Positions 28,218 through 36,901 of a stretch of 42,501 nt of DNA are shown here, one piece after another. The stretch is from Methanobacteriota archaeon. GTDB taxonomy: Archaea; Halobacteriota; Methanosarcinia; Methanosarcinales; Methanogasteraceae. The first letter of the stretch is position 1, and every line of letters begins with the position of its first letter. A program made the position numbers and the translations under genes. The notes under the pieces are model-generated. The model had not been told where the DNA came from, did no database searches, and worked only from the letters and a program-made list of their open reading frames with translations. Location of the stretch: the NCBI GenBank assembly GCA_034659035.1, contig JAYEGI010000099.1:1-42501 (forward strand), in the 5' to 3' direction.

Positions 28218-28787
28218 ATGGGTCTGGAAAACGTAGTTTCCGATATCCTGAAGGGCGCAGAAGCCGAGGTATCTGCTATCGTTGCAGATCGGGATAGCGA
28301 GGTATCTTTGATCGTTGAGGAGGCGAAACGCACAGGCGAGCGGATCACTGGCGAGAAGGTGGCATCTGCTGAAGAAGAGGTGACACGCATCAGAAAGCAA
28401 GAGATCTCCGGCGCGAATCTCGAGGTAAGAAGGATGATGCTTAATACGCGCAAAAGTGTGCTGGACGAGACCCAGAAGCAGACAGCAGAGCGTCTCCATG
28501 AACTGGACATCGAATCGCTCTTAAGGTCGCTTGTCCGGGCGCATAGCGGTGAAGCCACGCGAGTATACTCAAGTAGGCAGGATCAACCGGTCGTTGAGGG
28601 ATTGTGCGATGAACTGCTCGAAGCTAAACTGACAAAACTCGAATACGTAGGTAATATCGACTGCATAGGCGGAATCGTCCTTGAAACTGAGGATGAGACC
28701 GTCAGGTTGGATTACACATTCGACACCATCTTAAGCGAGGTTGGCGAGCGGTCGATGAAGCAGATCTCGGGCATCCTCTTTGGCTGA
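28218..28787 (+). CDS. atpE: A-type ATP synthase subunit E
   Basis: The ATG at 28218 is 2 nt after the atpK stop (the track lists a GTG at 28212). Charged coiled-coil N-terminus and a globular C-terminus ending DYTFDTIL, as in subunit E. Confidence 0.85.
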   Translation: MGLENVVSDILKGAEAEVSAIVADRDSEVSLIVEEAKRTGERITGEKVASAEEEVTRIRKQEISGANLEVRRMMLNTRKSVLDETQKQTAERLHELDIESLLRSLVRAHSGEATRVYSSRQDQPVVEGLCDELLEAKLTKLEYVGNIDCIGGIVLETEDETVRLDYTFDTILSEVGERSMKQISGILFG

Positions 28788-28788
28788 T

Positions 28789-29454
28789 ATGATTCTTGTC
28801 CTGTCGATCGGAGGTTCGGTGATCGACCATGATCGGGATAGGCTCACAGAGTATGCAAGGATACTTCGAGATCTGAGATCGGACCACACAGTCTTTGTTG
28901 TGATCGGGGGCGGTGCTGCTGCCCGCGATTACATCGGAATGGCACGCACATTCGATGCGGATGAGGCATTCTGCGACTTGATCGGGATTGCAGTCACCAG
29001 ATTGAATGCCCGCCTCCTGATTGCCGCTCTCGGAAGTACCGCGTACCCGGTTCCGCCGGAGACGCAGGAAGACGCAAGCATTGCCGCGCTTTCCGGCAGG
29101 ATCGTTGTTATGGGTGGAACAATCCCAGGACACACGACCGACGCGGTTGCAGCAATCCTTGCGGAATACGTTCACGCGGACATCCTGATCGATGCAACAT
29201 CCATAGACGGCATATACACAAAAGACCCGAAGAAGCATCCGGACGCTGTGAAACTGGATGAACTATCTCCTGCACGCCTGGTCGAGATCATCGCTGCGGA
29301 GAGGATGGGGGCTGGCGTGAATCTTCCGCTTGATATGCTCGCAGCAAAGATCATCGAACGGTCAGGGATTCTAACAGTCGTTCTCGATGGGCGAGAACCG
29401 AGACAGGTGGTAGATGCTGTGAACGGGAAGCAGGTCGGGACATGCGTGCGATGA
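28789..29454 (+). CDS. pyrH: archaeal-type UMP kinase
   Basis: The ATG at 28789 (MILVLSIGGSVID) is 1 nt after the atpE stop. VIGGGAAARDYI, VMGGTIPGHTTDAVAA and DGIYTKDP are amino-acid-kinase-fold motifs of PyrH. Confidence 0.9.
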   Translation: MILVLSIGGSVIDHDRDRLTEYARILRDLRSDHTVFVVIGGGAAARDYIGMARTFDADEAFCDLIGIAVTRLNARLLIAALGSTAYPVPPETQEDASIAALSGRIVVMGGTIPGHTTDAVAAILAEYVHADILIDATSIDGIYTKDPKKHPDAVKLDELSPARLVEIIAAERMGAGVNLPLDMLAAKIIERSGILTVVLDGREPRQVVDAVNGKQVGTCVR

Positions 29455-29622
29455 CGCCGGGATGAAAGCTTAAAGATGGTGGTGTGTGGGTAGCCACAAT
29501 CGAAAACTCCAGTGAAAACGCTCTGATTTTTAGACAGTGCCGTGTAGGTAGGTATACACGTGGAGAGATTGCGGTTGCAATAATGGTAATTCATTCTCGG
29601 ATGGGAAAAAGGGGGAATTTAG

Positions 29623-29848
29623 GTAACTACTCAGGTACCCAAAACCACTATTCAGGGGACTTCACTATGCAGGAACTCTCCAAGACATGGAGCATACTGC
29701 AACCAACAGGTAATGTAACCGCAGAGTACGCAGAGGGAATATAAACGGTTAAGTGCTCCGCGTTCCTCTGCACCCTCCGCGGTTATTTTTCTTGCCAGAA
29801 GATACAGGATCGCAATCGGGAGACCAATCAACATACTTGAGTAGTTAC
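29623..29848. mobile_element. full-length MITE-like element, copy D (226 bp), with 8-bp target-site duplication
   Basis: TIRs are GTAACTACTCAGGTA (29623-29637) and TACTTGAGTAGTTAC (29834-29848). An exact direct duplication GAATTTAG lies at 29615-29622 and 29849-29856. It is homologous over its full length, inverted, to 9025-9252. No ORF. Confidence 0.85.
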
Positions 29849-29877
29849 GAATTTAGGAAAGCATACTTCGGGTGAGT

Positions 29878-30182
29878 GAGGAGAGTAAGCCCCCTTCTGT
29901 TCATAGCAGCATTCGACTACGCGCCATACCCGGGTACGGCTGGACTCCGCTCTCGCTTTCGCGCTTTTTACCCTGTGTTGGCTTGCACCCACGGGGATTC
30001 ACCGTTTCATCCGAACGACATGCGACCTCAGCCTTCCGGCATCATTGCATTGGCACAATCGTGGTTACGTTTCTGTGTCAGAGCCAGAACTCTCGCCCTA
30101 AGCCATTTCGGCATCCGTGTGTCCAGCGGTGGAGGGACTTTCCTCACGACTTGCTGTCGCGGCGGCTGCTCTTCCTCTCTCG
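29878..30182 (-). ncRNA. rnpB: RNase P RNA (archaeal type A-like)
   Basis: The minus strand carries GAGGAAAGTCCC (complement of 30131-30147, P4 5' strand/CR-I) and ACAGAAGGGGGCTTAC (complement of about 29885-29900, CR-V/P4 3' strand). Terminal segments GAGAGAGGAAGAG and CTTACTCTCCTC can pair as P1. About 305 nt; ends are approximate. Confidence 0.85.
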
Positions 30183-30205
30183 ATTATTGTATGGTCTCTC
30201 GGTGG

Positions 30206-30214
30206 TATTATATG
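30206..30214 (-). promoter_or_regulatory. TATA-box-like element upstream of the RNase P RNA
   Basis: The minus strand reads CATATAATA about 25 nt upstream of the inferred 5' end of the RNase P RNA. Confidence 0.4.
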
Positions 30215-30346
30215 TTGTCGCAGGGGGCGGCAGAGAAAGGGTCTTCTGCTGCATATCTATAATATCCGGAAATACAAAGTCAGAACCAGATCACCAGATG
30301 AATTACCTTTCCCCGGATAATGGAATGAAGGAATAGTGAAATAACC

Positions 30347-30850
30347 ATGTGGGATGCTATATTAAACAAATTCAATAAATATCCGGCGCAGGAACGGGTC
30401 GTGCACCTGCTGCTGGAGCGCGGCTTTCAGGTAACACCGGACGGAAAGGTGGTCTCAGGCGGCATACGGCTGGCGCACACCCAGATAGCAAGGGAAGCCT
30501 CAGTCGATCGCAGGGCAGTTGATGGTGCGGCATCAATGATTATAGAAGATCCACTGCTAAAAACCGTTTTTACGAACATCCGCCCGATCTCATCGCTGCG
30601 TGAGGTTGCACCTGATCTTAAACTCGGCGTGATCGTCATAACGCCGGTGGATGCCGCCCGCACAGGCATTCTTGCATCGGTGGCGGTGGCGGTGGCAGAA
30701 CGCGGGATCAGCATCATGCAGGCGATCGCTGATGACCCGCGGCTTGCAAAGCGCCCGACGCTGACCATCATAACCGATCGGCAGATACCTGATGACCTGG
30801 TCGGGGAACTGCTGAAGTGTGAGGGGGTAAGAGGGGTTAGCGTCTGTTGA
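30347..30850 (+). CDS. ACT-domain regulator-like protein (COG2150-type)
   Basis: 167-aa ORF. The N-terminal wHTH-like region (AQERVVHLLLERGFQV) and C-terminal ACT-like region (LGVIVITPVDAARTGILASVAVAVAERGISIMQAI) match archaeal proteins annotated as a regulator of amino acid metabolism with an ACT domain. Confidence 0.75.
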   Translation: MWDAILNKFNKYPAQERVVHLLLERGFQVTPDGKVVSGGIRLAHTQIAREASVDRRAVDGAASMIIEDPLLKTVFTNIRPISSLREVAPDLKLGVIVITPVDAARTGILASVAVAVAERGISIMQAIADDPRLAKRPTLTIITDRQIPDDLVGELLKCEGVRGVSVC

Positions 30851-30934
30851 TCGCGGATCGGATCGCTACTACGTGCACGGTTATAGGGTGTGGATGTTTG
30901 CAGCACATTGGATCAAAATGATCCAAAACGGATG

Positions 30935-31310
30935 TCGCGCCAGAAGAAGATCTACTGTATCGATAGCAGCATAAGGGATGGAATATGGTTCACATTCTCA
31001 AAGGATATAGGGAGAACTGCTGAGAACGTAGTCTTCATGAGCCTCATACGATCCTGCGACGAAGGTTTTTTACTGGAAGAATGAAAAAAGGTGGGAAGTG
31101 GATTTTGTGGTAAAATCGGGGCTGGACGTTGGGGGACTTGTTCAGGTCTGCTGGTATTTGAGTGGTAAGGCCGAGGAGTGAGAGGTAGGAGATTGGCTGC
31201 GGCTATGGAGCATTTTAATCTGAAAAAATCCACAATAATAACTGAAGACACCTTGAAAGAAGAGTTGGTTAGGAATATGATCGTTGAGTTTGTACCTCTG
31301 TGGTTGTAGT
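30935..31310 (+). pseudogene. 5'-truncated, frameshifted C-terminal remnant of a COG1373-type AAA ATPase (DUF4143)
   Basis: Three frames together read KKIYCIDSSIRDG...DIGRTAENVVFMSL, then EVDFVVKSGLDVGGLVQVCWYL, then REVRGLAAAMEHFNLKKSTIITEDTLKEE...VEFVPLWL. This is the typical C-terminal third of these ATPases. The ATPase domain is absent. Confidence 0.6.
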
Positions 31311-31356
31311 TGTTAAAATGAGGATCGGTAACTCCGGGCGGAGGGATTGAAACTTT

Positions 31357-32745
31357 TCATCTCATCTCAAAATCATCCAAGTCATAAACAAAAAACCCCC
31401 TCTCTCTAAGTTCACACTTTCCTTCAATTTTCTTTGCTACAACCCCGAAATACTCCTTGCGCACATCGTTGTTCCACTGCACAAACCTTGATTTCCCTTT
31501 TAACTCTTCCAGAATGTTACTTGCTTTTCTTTCGCTCAAATGTTTCCATTTACATTCCACAAAGAGAATTTCGTTTGCGTTTCCATTCAAACAAACCGCA
31601 TCGATCTCAAGTTCCATCCTCTTTCCAGCATCCCTATAAAACCCCCACCATCTGCCGGTTTTCGTGGCTGAAAATGGGCACAGATATCTCAGCATCCCCT
31701 CTCTCACAAGTTTTTCAAATTTTATACCCACATACATGTTGAAATCCCTTTCCAATAGGTCTTCAACGATTCTTGTTTCTCCTATCTCGATATCGGACCT
31801 GTTGGGTTCAAAGAACAAAAAATAGAACTCAAAAAAATTGTCATCTATGGTGTAAAGACTTTTTTTACTTTTTATCTCGGTTACAGGGATTTCTTTTTTT
31901 ATTACTCCAATCCGCATCAGTGATTTCAGATACCGATCCATGTCAGATGTTTTGATCCCTGATTTATCTGATATCTCTGCAACCCTTGTGCGCCCCGAAG
32001 CAATGGCAGATAAGATGTTTTTGTAAATATCCGGTTCTCTGAACTCTTCTTTTAAGAGGAAATCCACTTCCTCGTAGAGCGTTCCTCTCTTCGACAGAAT
32101 CTGTTCCTTTGCATTTTCAAGCGCAGATTTTTCTGTGTCGAACTTCTCGAGATAAAACGGGACACCTCCTAAAATAGAATATATTTGTATAAGCTCTTCT
32201 TTTGAACTTTTTGGAAAAAATTCCTTGAGATACTCGAACTTAAGATGATTAACCTTTATATGTCCCGTTTTTCTACCGTATAGTGGATTTCTGTACCCGA
32301 GCAGTTCTTCCATCATGCTTATGGACGATCCGCAGATCACAAGCATCATATTCTCGTTCTTCAAAACGCAATCAATGACCTGCTGAAACAATGATGGAAC
32401 CGCTCCATCCTTTTCAACAAGGTAGGGAAACTCATCGAAAATGATTACAAGTTTTTCTTTCGCTTTTGACACTATATAAGAAAATATTTCCTCAAGATCT
32501 TCCGAAGCAATCTCCGGTTCTCCAAAAAATCTCGCAATTTGCTTTTTAAATCTTTGGACGTTTGTGGCAGTCCCTGCTTTGTTGCACAAGAAGTAAACGT
32601 GTGGAGTCTCTTTCACAAAATTCTTCAGGAGCTCTGTCTTTCCAATCCGTCTTCTGCCGTAGATTACGATAAAATCAAAGCTTTCTTTACCGTACCGCTC
32701 CTTTAAGAAGTCCAGTTCTTCTTCACGGTCAATGAATAGGAACAT
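31357..32745 (-). CDS. Arch_ATPase-family AAA ATPase with C-terminal DUF234 (PD-(D/E)xK-like) domain
   Basis: 462-aa ORF. FIDREEELDFL then Walker A GRRRIGKTEL and Walker B VIIFDEFPYL. The C-terminus has ELEIDAVCLNGNANEILFVECKWK, a D...ExK arrangement. AT-rich relative to neighbours. Confidence 0.85.
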   Translation of the reverse strand: MFLFIDREEELDFLKERYGKESFDFIVIYGRRRIGKTELLKNFVKETPHVYFLCNKAGTATNVQRFKKQIARFFGEPEIASEDLEEIFSYIVSKAKEKLVIIFDEFPYLVEKDGAVPSLFQQVIDCVLKNENMMLVICGSSISMMEELLGYRNPLYGRKTGHIKVNHLKFEYLKEFFPKSSKEELIQIYSILGGVPFYLEKFDTEKSALENAKEQILSKRGTLYEEVDFLLKEEFREPDIYKNILSAIASGRTRVAEISDKSGIKTSDMDRYLKSLMRIGVIKKEIPVTEIKSKKSLYTIDDNFFEFYFLFFEPNRSDIEIGETRIVEDLLERDFNMYVGIKFEKLVREGMLRYLCPFSATKTGRWWGFYRDAGKRMELEIDAVCLNGNANEILFVECKWKHLSERKASNILEELKGKSRFVQWNNDVRKEYFGVVAKKIEGKCELRERGFFVYDLDDFEMR

Positions 32746-32854
32746 AATCCTTATGTTTATGTTCCTAACATATAAACCTTCCAGAGTACTTGCAATGTGG
32801 TGGTGAAGAGTGGGTGATGGGTGTGCGAGTGACAGGGCGCGTTAGATGGGATGC

Positions 32855-33177
32855 GGATCGGATAGAAGGGTAGTTGATGGCGCGGCATCGATAATCACAC
32901 AGGATCCACTGCCCAGAATCATTTTCACGAACATCCGCTGGATCTCAAACTCGGCGCGATCATTATGGCACCAGTGGATTCCGCTCGCACAGACATTCTC
33001 ACATCGGTGGCGGCGTGTGTGGCAGAACGCGGGATCGACATCATGAAGGCGATCGCTGATGACCCGCGGCGTGCAAATCGCCCGACGCTGACTATCATAA
33101 CCGGTCGGCAGATGCCTGATGACCTGGTTGGGGAACTGCTGAAGTGCGATGGCATGCAAGGGGTCCGTGTCTGTTGA
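32855..33177 (+). pseudogene. duplicated, degraded copy of the 3' two-thirds of the ACT-domain gene
   Basis: Nucleotide-level similarity to 30513-30850. The last 70 codons are 53/70 identical (APVDSARTDILTSVAACVAERGIDIMKAIADDP... against TPVDAARTGILASVAVAVAERGISIMQAIADDP...). An internal deletion of about 27 nt and a frame change occur near 32935. There is no 5' part. Confidence 0.8.
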
Positions 33178-33340
33178 CTGTGTGCCGATATCGATACCAT
33201 GCATGTTTTTGGTGGGGGCGATGGTTACTTTCACCATGCTATTTGGGTGTGTTTATATGGTATGGGCGGGGATGTATGTATGTGGATGTGTAACGGTACG
33301 AAGTGTAGGGAACAAAATGAAGATATGAGGCAATTGAACC

Positions 33341-35242
33341 ATGTACAACTTTATCGTAGATTTGTTTACTGGAGATGATTATAGCTCTCTATTGAGTGAA
33401 AGTGAGGGGGATTTTAAAAATAAAAATGCCAAAGTTCTGATCGTGCCACCAAACAGGGATGATTCACCGTTTATTATTGAAAACTTGGATGATGAGGATG
33501 AAATTGACGAAAATCCACTATTAGATAAGTATGGGGGAAAGCTACGTAAATATTTCAATTTTAATAAGTTTATAAATCCAACTCATAACAACGCTAACAA
33601 TATCGGCAACAATTCGGCATTGATGAGTCATTCGCCCACACACTACAAACTTACAACAGCATTCATCGACAAAGATAAACAACATCCCGATGGAAACACC
33701 GTAATAAAATTTCCTCTGGAGAAAATCGAAACTTTTGAGAAATCAATCAAGAAGACCGCGTACTATAACCAGTTCCCGGAGCTTTGTGACCACGTGGCGA
33801 GTTTCTTTAGAGATTTTGACAAAATTAACCCTGAAAATAGTTTTGGTTTGGAGGAGAATAATTTCATCGTTTTTCTTGTAAATGAATCAGATATTGAGGA
33901 GTATTTAGATGTTGTTGACGATTACACCAGTGAAAAAATTCTGAAATATGAGACATTCATAGGAGAGTGTGACAGTTGTAGAAAGCAAGATGAACAACTG
34001 TATATATTGACCCGGGGAAATATGTTCGATCTAGGAAAGGATCGGAAATTTCTTCTCAGGCACCCTACACGATACAAAACCAACCCAACCTCAAAAAGTC
34101 CTGAAAATTTTAACGTTTGCAAAGAATGCGCCATGCGGATTTATGATTTCTTCGAGTACATCAAAAAATACAAGTTTTACCGATATGTATTTCCCACCAC
34201 CATAACGGTTGGCACAAACGATTACAGAGAGTATTCTTCCGATCCAATTGGCATTCTAAAAATGTTAAAAACGCTATACACTAGGAATCGCTCTCAGGAG
34301 TTCGATTATGTGATGATGATCACCGATCCGAAAGTCGAGAATATAGAGTTCAGGTACGTTAATAATTTTAATTATATTCTTCCAAATAAGAACCCTCCGA
34401 TCAACGTACAGGATATTCCGATACATTCGACATTGAAAGACCTTGAATCCAGGGGAAAGGAAGAGGGAATTACGTCCATCCAGAACGGGCGGGATAAATC
34501 AGTATTCTTGAGAGAACTGAACCTTATTTTCAACAACACTCTTGCGCGTTCTTTGTTTGAAACAGACCCAACGAATTTGATGAAATCACTTCATCCGTTC
34601 CTTAAGCTGAAAATCATTGAATATAATTTCATCATCAGAAACTTTATATATTTTCAGGATGTATCTTTCTTCGAGGACCGGGTTTATTCAAAGCTATTCA
34701 AAGAGATGCTCTCAGAACTGGTTACAAATCCAGGTCTTCGAGATAATATGAAGATAAGACCTAACAAAATCAGATTCTTCTTGACAATCTACTTTAAGTA
34801 TCTAAACATAGAGTCTAATGGGGGAGATACCATTACAGAATATACGGCACTGAAGGAGAAAATGAAAGATGTGAAATCTTTCGATCTGGAGAATGATTTC
34901 GAAGCGAGCTACTGCATGGGGCAGATATTTTACTATCTGTTGCAGGTCAGCAAAACACCGAACAGGCTGAACCTCTTCACCAAATATACTATGAACGTGC
35001 ATAACATGGATATATTAAAAACGAAGTTGGTTACAGTGCTCGAGAAGTATTCTCACAACGAATACCTTGATAATAATCGAAGATTTCACAATTTGATCGC
35101 CAATGTTCTGGCGTTTGAGTTTGAGAAGTCTTATGAAGACAATAAGATACCCCTGTACACGGGTTATTTTGATAGTAACTACTTGTATACTTCCACAAAG
35201 GAAAAAGAGGAACTGGGATCCCCACAAGAGGAGGAGAATTAG
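33341..35242 (+). CDS. cas8b: type I-B large subunit Cas8b (TM1802/Csh1-like)
   Basis: 633-aa ORF at the first position of a cas7-cas5-cas3 operon. It has the paired CxxC motifs (CDSCRKQ ... CKECAMRIY) that I associate with the Cas8b/TM1802 family. Very AT-rich. Confidence 0.7.
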   Translation: MYNFIVDLFTGDDYSSLLSESEGDFKNKNAKVLIVPPNRDDSPFIIENLDDEDEIDENPLLDKYGGKLRKYFNFNKFINPTHNNANNIGNNSALMSHSPTHYKLTTAFIDKDKQHPDGNTVIKFPLEKIETFEKSIKKTAYYNQFPELCDHVASFFRDFDKINPENSFGLEENNFIVFLVNESDIEEYLDVVDDYTSEKILKYETFIGECDSCRKQDEQLYILTRGNMFDLGKDRKFLLRHPTRYKTNPTSKSPENFNVCKECAMRIYDFFEYIKKYKFYRYVFPTTITVGTNDYREYSSDPIGILKMLKTLYTRNRSQEFDYVMMITDPKVENIEFRYVNNFNYILPNKNPPINVQDIPIHSTLKDLESRGKEEGITSIQNGRDKSVFLRELNLIFNNTLARSLFETDPTNLMKSLHPFLKLKIIEYNFIIRNFIYFQDVSFFEDRVYSKLFKEMLSELVTNPGLRDNMKIRPNKIRFFLTIYFKYLNIESNGGDTITEYTALKEKMKDVKSFDLENDFEASYCMGQIFYYLLQVSKTPNRLNLFTKYTMNVHNMDILKTKLVTVLEKYSHNEYLDNNRRFHNLIANVLAFEFEKSYEDNKIPLYTGYFDSNYLYTSTKEKEELGSPQEEEN

Positions 35243-36112
35243 ATGAACTATAATGGCATAGTGGTGGTAAATGCAAAGAATGCAAATTTCAATGCTGGTT
35301 TCGATGGTCTTCCAAGGAGATTGCCTACCGGGCGGATATTTGCTACCGATAAGGCATTAAAGTATTGCATAAGAGAGTATCTCTCAAAGAATGAGCCTGT
35401 GTTTGTCCAGAGGACCAAAGAGTTTCGCGATGTCAAGGATGGTGCACGGGTGGAACGATACCTGACATTAAAGGAAAATTACCTCAAGAAATGTAATAAA
35501 GAAGAGATGCCCAAGGATGAGGGAGTCATAATCAACGATCTCAAAGGGTTTATAGACATCCGGTTATTTGGAGTAGTATTCGCAGTTGATAGTAACATAT
35601 CTATGACCGGCCCCTGTCAGATAAATTACGGGATCAACAGGTTTGAGGGATCCAATATCTTCTCTTCTGAGATACTGTCCCCATATAGAAACCCAAACGA
35701 GAAAAGTAAAGATGCTCAGCAAACCACAATAGGCGAAGAATCCAGAGCAGACAACGTATACTACGTATATGACATCTGCCTGAACATGAACTCCGCTGAG
35801 CGGCAGGGAATCGAAGTAACGGATGACGACATAGCAAAGCTGAAGAACACATTGAAGTACGCTGTGGGCAACGTAACATCTACCACGATGTTTGGCTGTG
35901 AGACTGTGAGTATGCTCTGGTTCAAGAACAATGATGACCGGATATTTAACAATCTGAATTCGCTGGTGGAGATATATGAATCGGATGATGGAGTTGTCGT
36001 GGATTACTCAAAGGTCATGAAACTGGTGCTGGCAGACATCGATATCGATTCCCTTGAAGAATATAACAGCAAGGTTCAGAACATTATCCCAAAGCAGATC
36101 AATCCAGAGTGA
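35243..36112 (+). CDS. cas7: Cas7 (Csh2/Csd2-type backbone subunit)
   Basis: 289-aa ORF starting immediately after the cas8b stop. NAKNANFNAGFDGLPRRLPTGRIFATDKALKYCIREYL and DIRLFGVVFA/GPCQINYG match the Cas7 I-B/I-C family signature. Confidence 0.85.
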   Translation: MNYNGIVVVNAKNANFNAGFDGLPRRLPTGRIFATDKALKYCIREYLSKNEPVFVQRTKEFRDVKDGARVERYLTLKENYLKKCNKEEMPKDEGVIINDLKGFIDIRLFGVVFAVDSNISMTGPCQINYGINRFEGSNIFSSEILSPYRNPNEKSKDAQQTTIGEESRADNVYYVYDICLNMNSAERQGIEVTDDDIAKLKNTLKYAVGNVTSTTMFGCETVSMLWFKNNDDRIFNNLNSLVEIYESDDGVVVDYSKVMKLVLADIDIDSLEEYNSKVQNIIPKQINPE

Positions 36113-36133
36113 AATAAACCCACAGGTGACTAC

Positions 36134-36901
36134 ATGGAGACAACTCTGGATTATTTCTCTTCGTCTGGAGAAAATGAAGCTTGCAACCAGTCTATGAAGC
36201 TCCTGACCTTCAGGTTGCACGGGAGTTTTGCACATTTCAATCAGCCTATCAGCAACCGTTTCAGGAATACATATTCCACTATTCCAAAGCCCCAATTACT
36301 GGGACTTATCGGGTCGATCGCGGGTCTTGGGGGGTATGCGAATAATAAAACCTTCCCTGAATTCTATAGTCGGATTGGAGATCTCAAAGTTTATATCAGG
36401 TCTAATAACAATTCTGATAAGAAGTTTATAGTGAACTACAACAGTTTGAACAGTTTTTTGAACAACCGAAAGGACACCGGTTCTCCGAACGTAATAATTA
36501 ATGAACAGGTGCTGTTGGACCCGGACTATGAGATTGGTCTATTGCTGGATGAAAATAATGATCTGCACAACATTATCATTGAAAATATCCGGCATAACCG
36601 CAGTGTATTTCCTATATATTTGGGAAAGAACGAGTTTTTTGCAAACATCCAGTATCAATCCCTGAAAGACTATGAGATGAATTCCGCGAAAGAACCGAGG
36701 TGCCGCAGCATATTGCCCTTCGGTGAACTGGAAAGAGAAGGCACTAATAACATGAAACTGGAAATGCTTCCAGTGGGCTTTGATGAGACGTTCAAGTACA
36801 TCTATCGCTTAATGGCGATACCGCAGGAGGGGTGTGTTGTGCCGCTGAAAAACCCAGACAAATGCATCGCCTCGGGTGGCAATGTTTACTATGTCTTCTG
36901 A
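36134..36901 (+). CDS. cas5: Cas5 (type I-B)
   Basis: 255-aa ORF with AGGTGA 6 nt upstream. LLTFRLHGSFAHFNQP...YSTIPKPQLLGLIGSIAGLGG is the canonical Cas5 N-terminal RAMP motif. An alternative start is at 36194. Confidence 0.85.
   Translation: METTLDYFSSSGENEACNQSMKLLTFRLHGSFAHFNQPISNRFRNTYSTIPKPQLLGLIGSIAGLGGYANNKTFPEFYSRIGDLKVYIRSNNNSDKKFIVNYNSLNSFLNNRKDTGSPNVIINEQVLLDPDYEIGLLLDENNDLHNIIIENIRHNRSVFPIYLGKNEFFANIQYQSLKDYEMNSAKEPRCRSILPFGELEREGTNNMKLEMLPVGFDETFKYIYRLMAIPQEGCVVPLKNPDKCIASGGNVYYVF

Noticed and set aside
29872-30336. Plus-strand ORFs of 154, 128 and 67 aa
   Set aside because: They overlap the RNase P RNA gene on the opposite strand and its promoter. Their products are low-complexity and Arg/Ser/Cys-rich, so they are most likely not coding.
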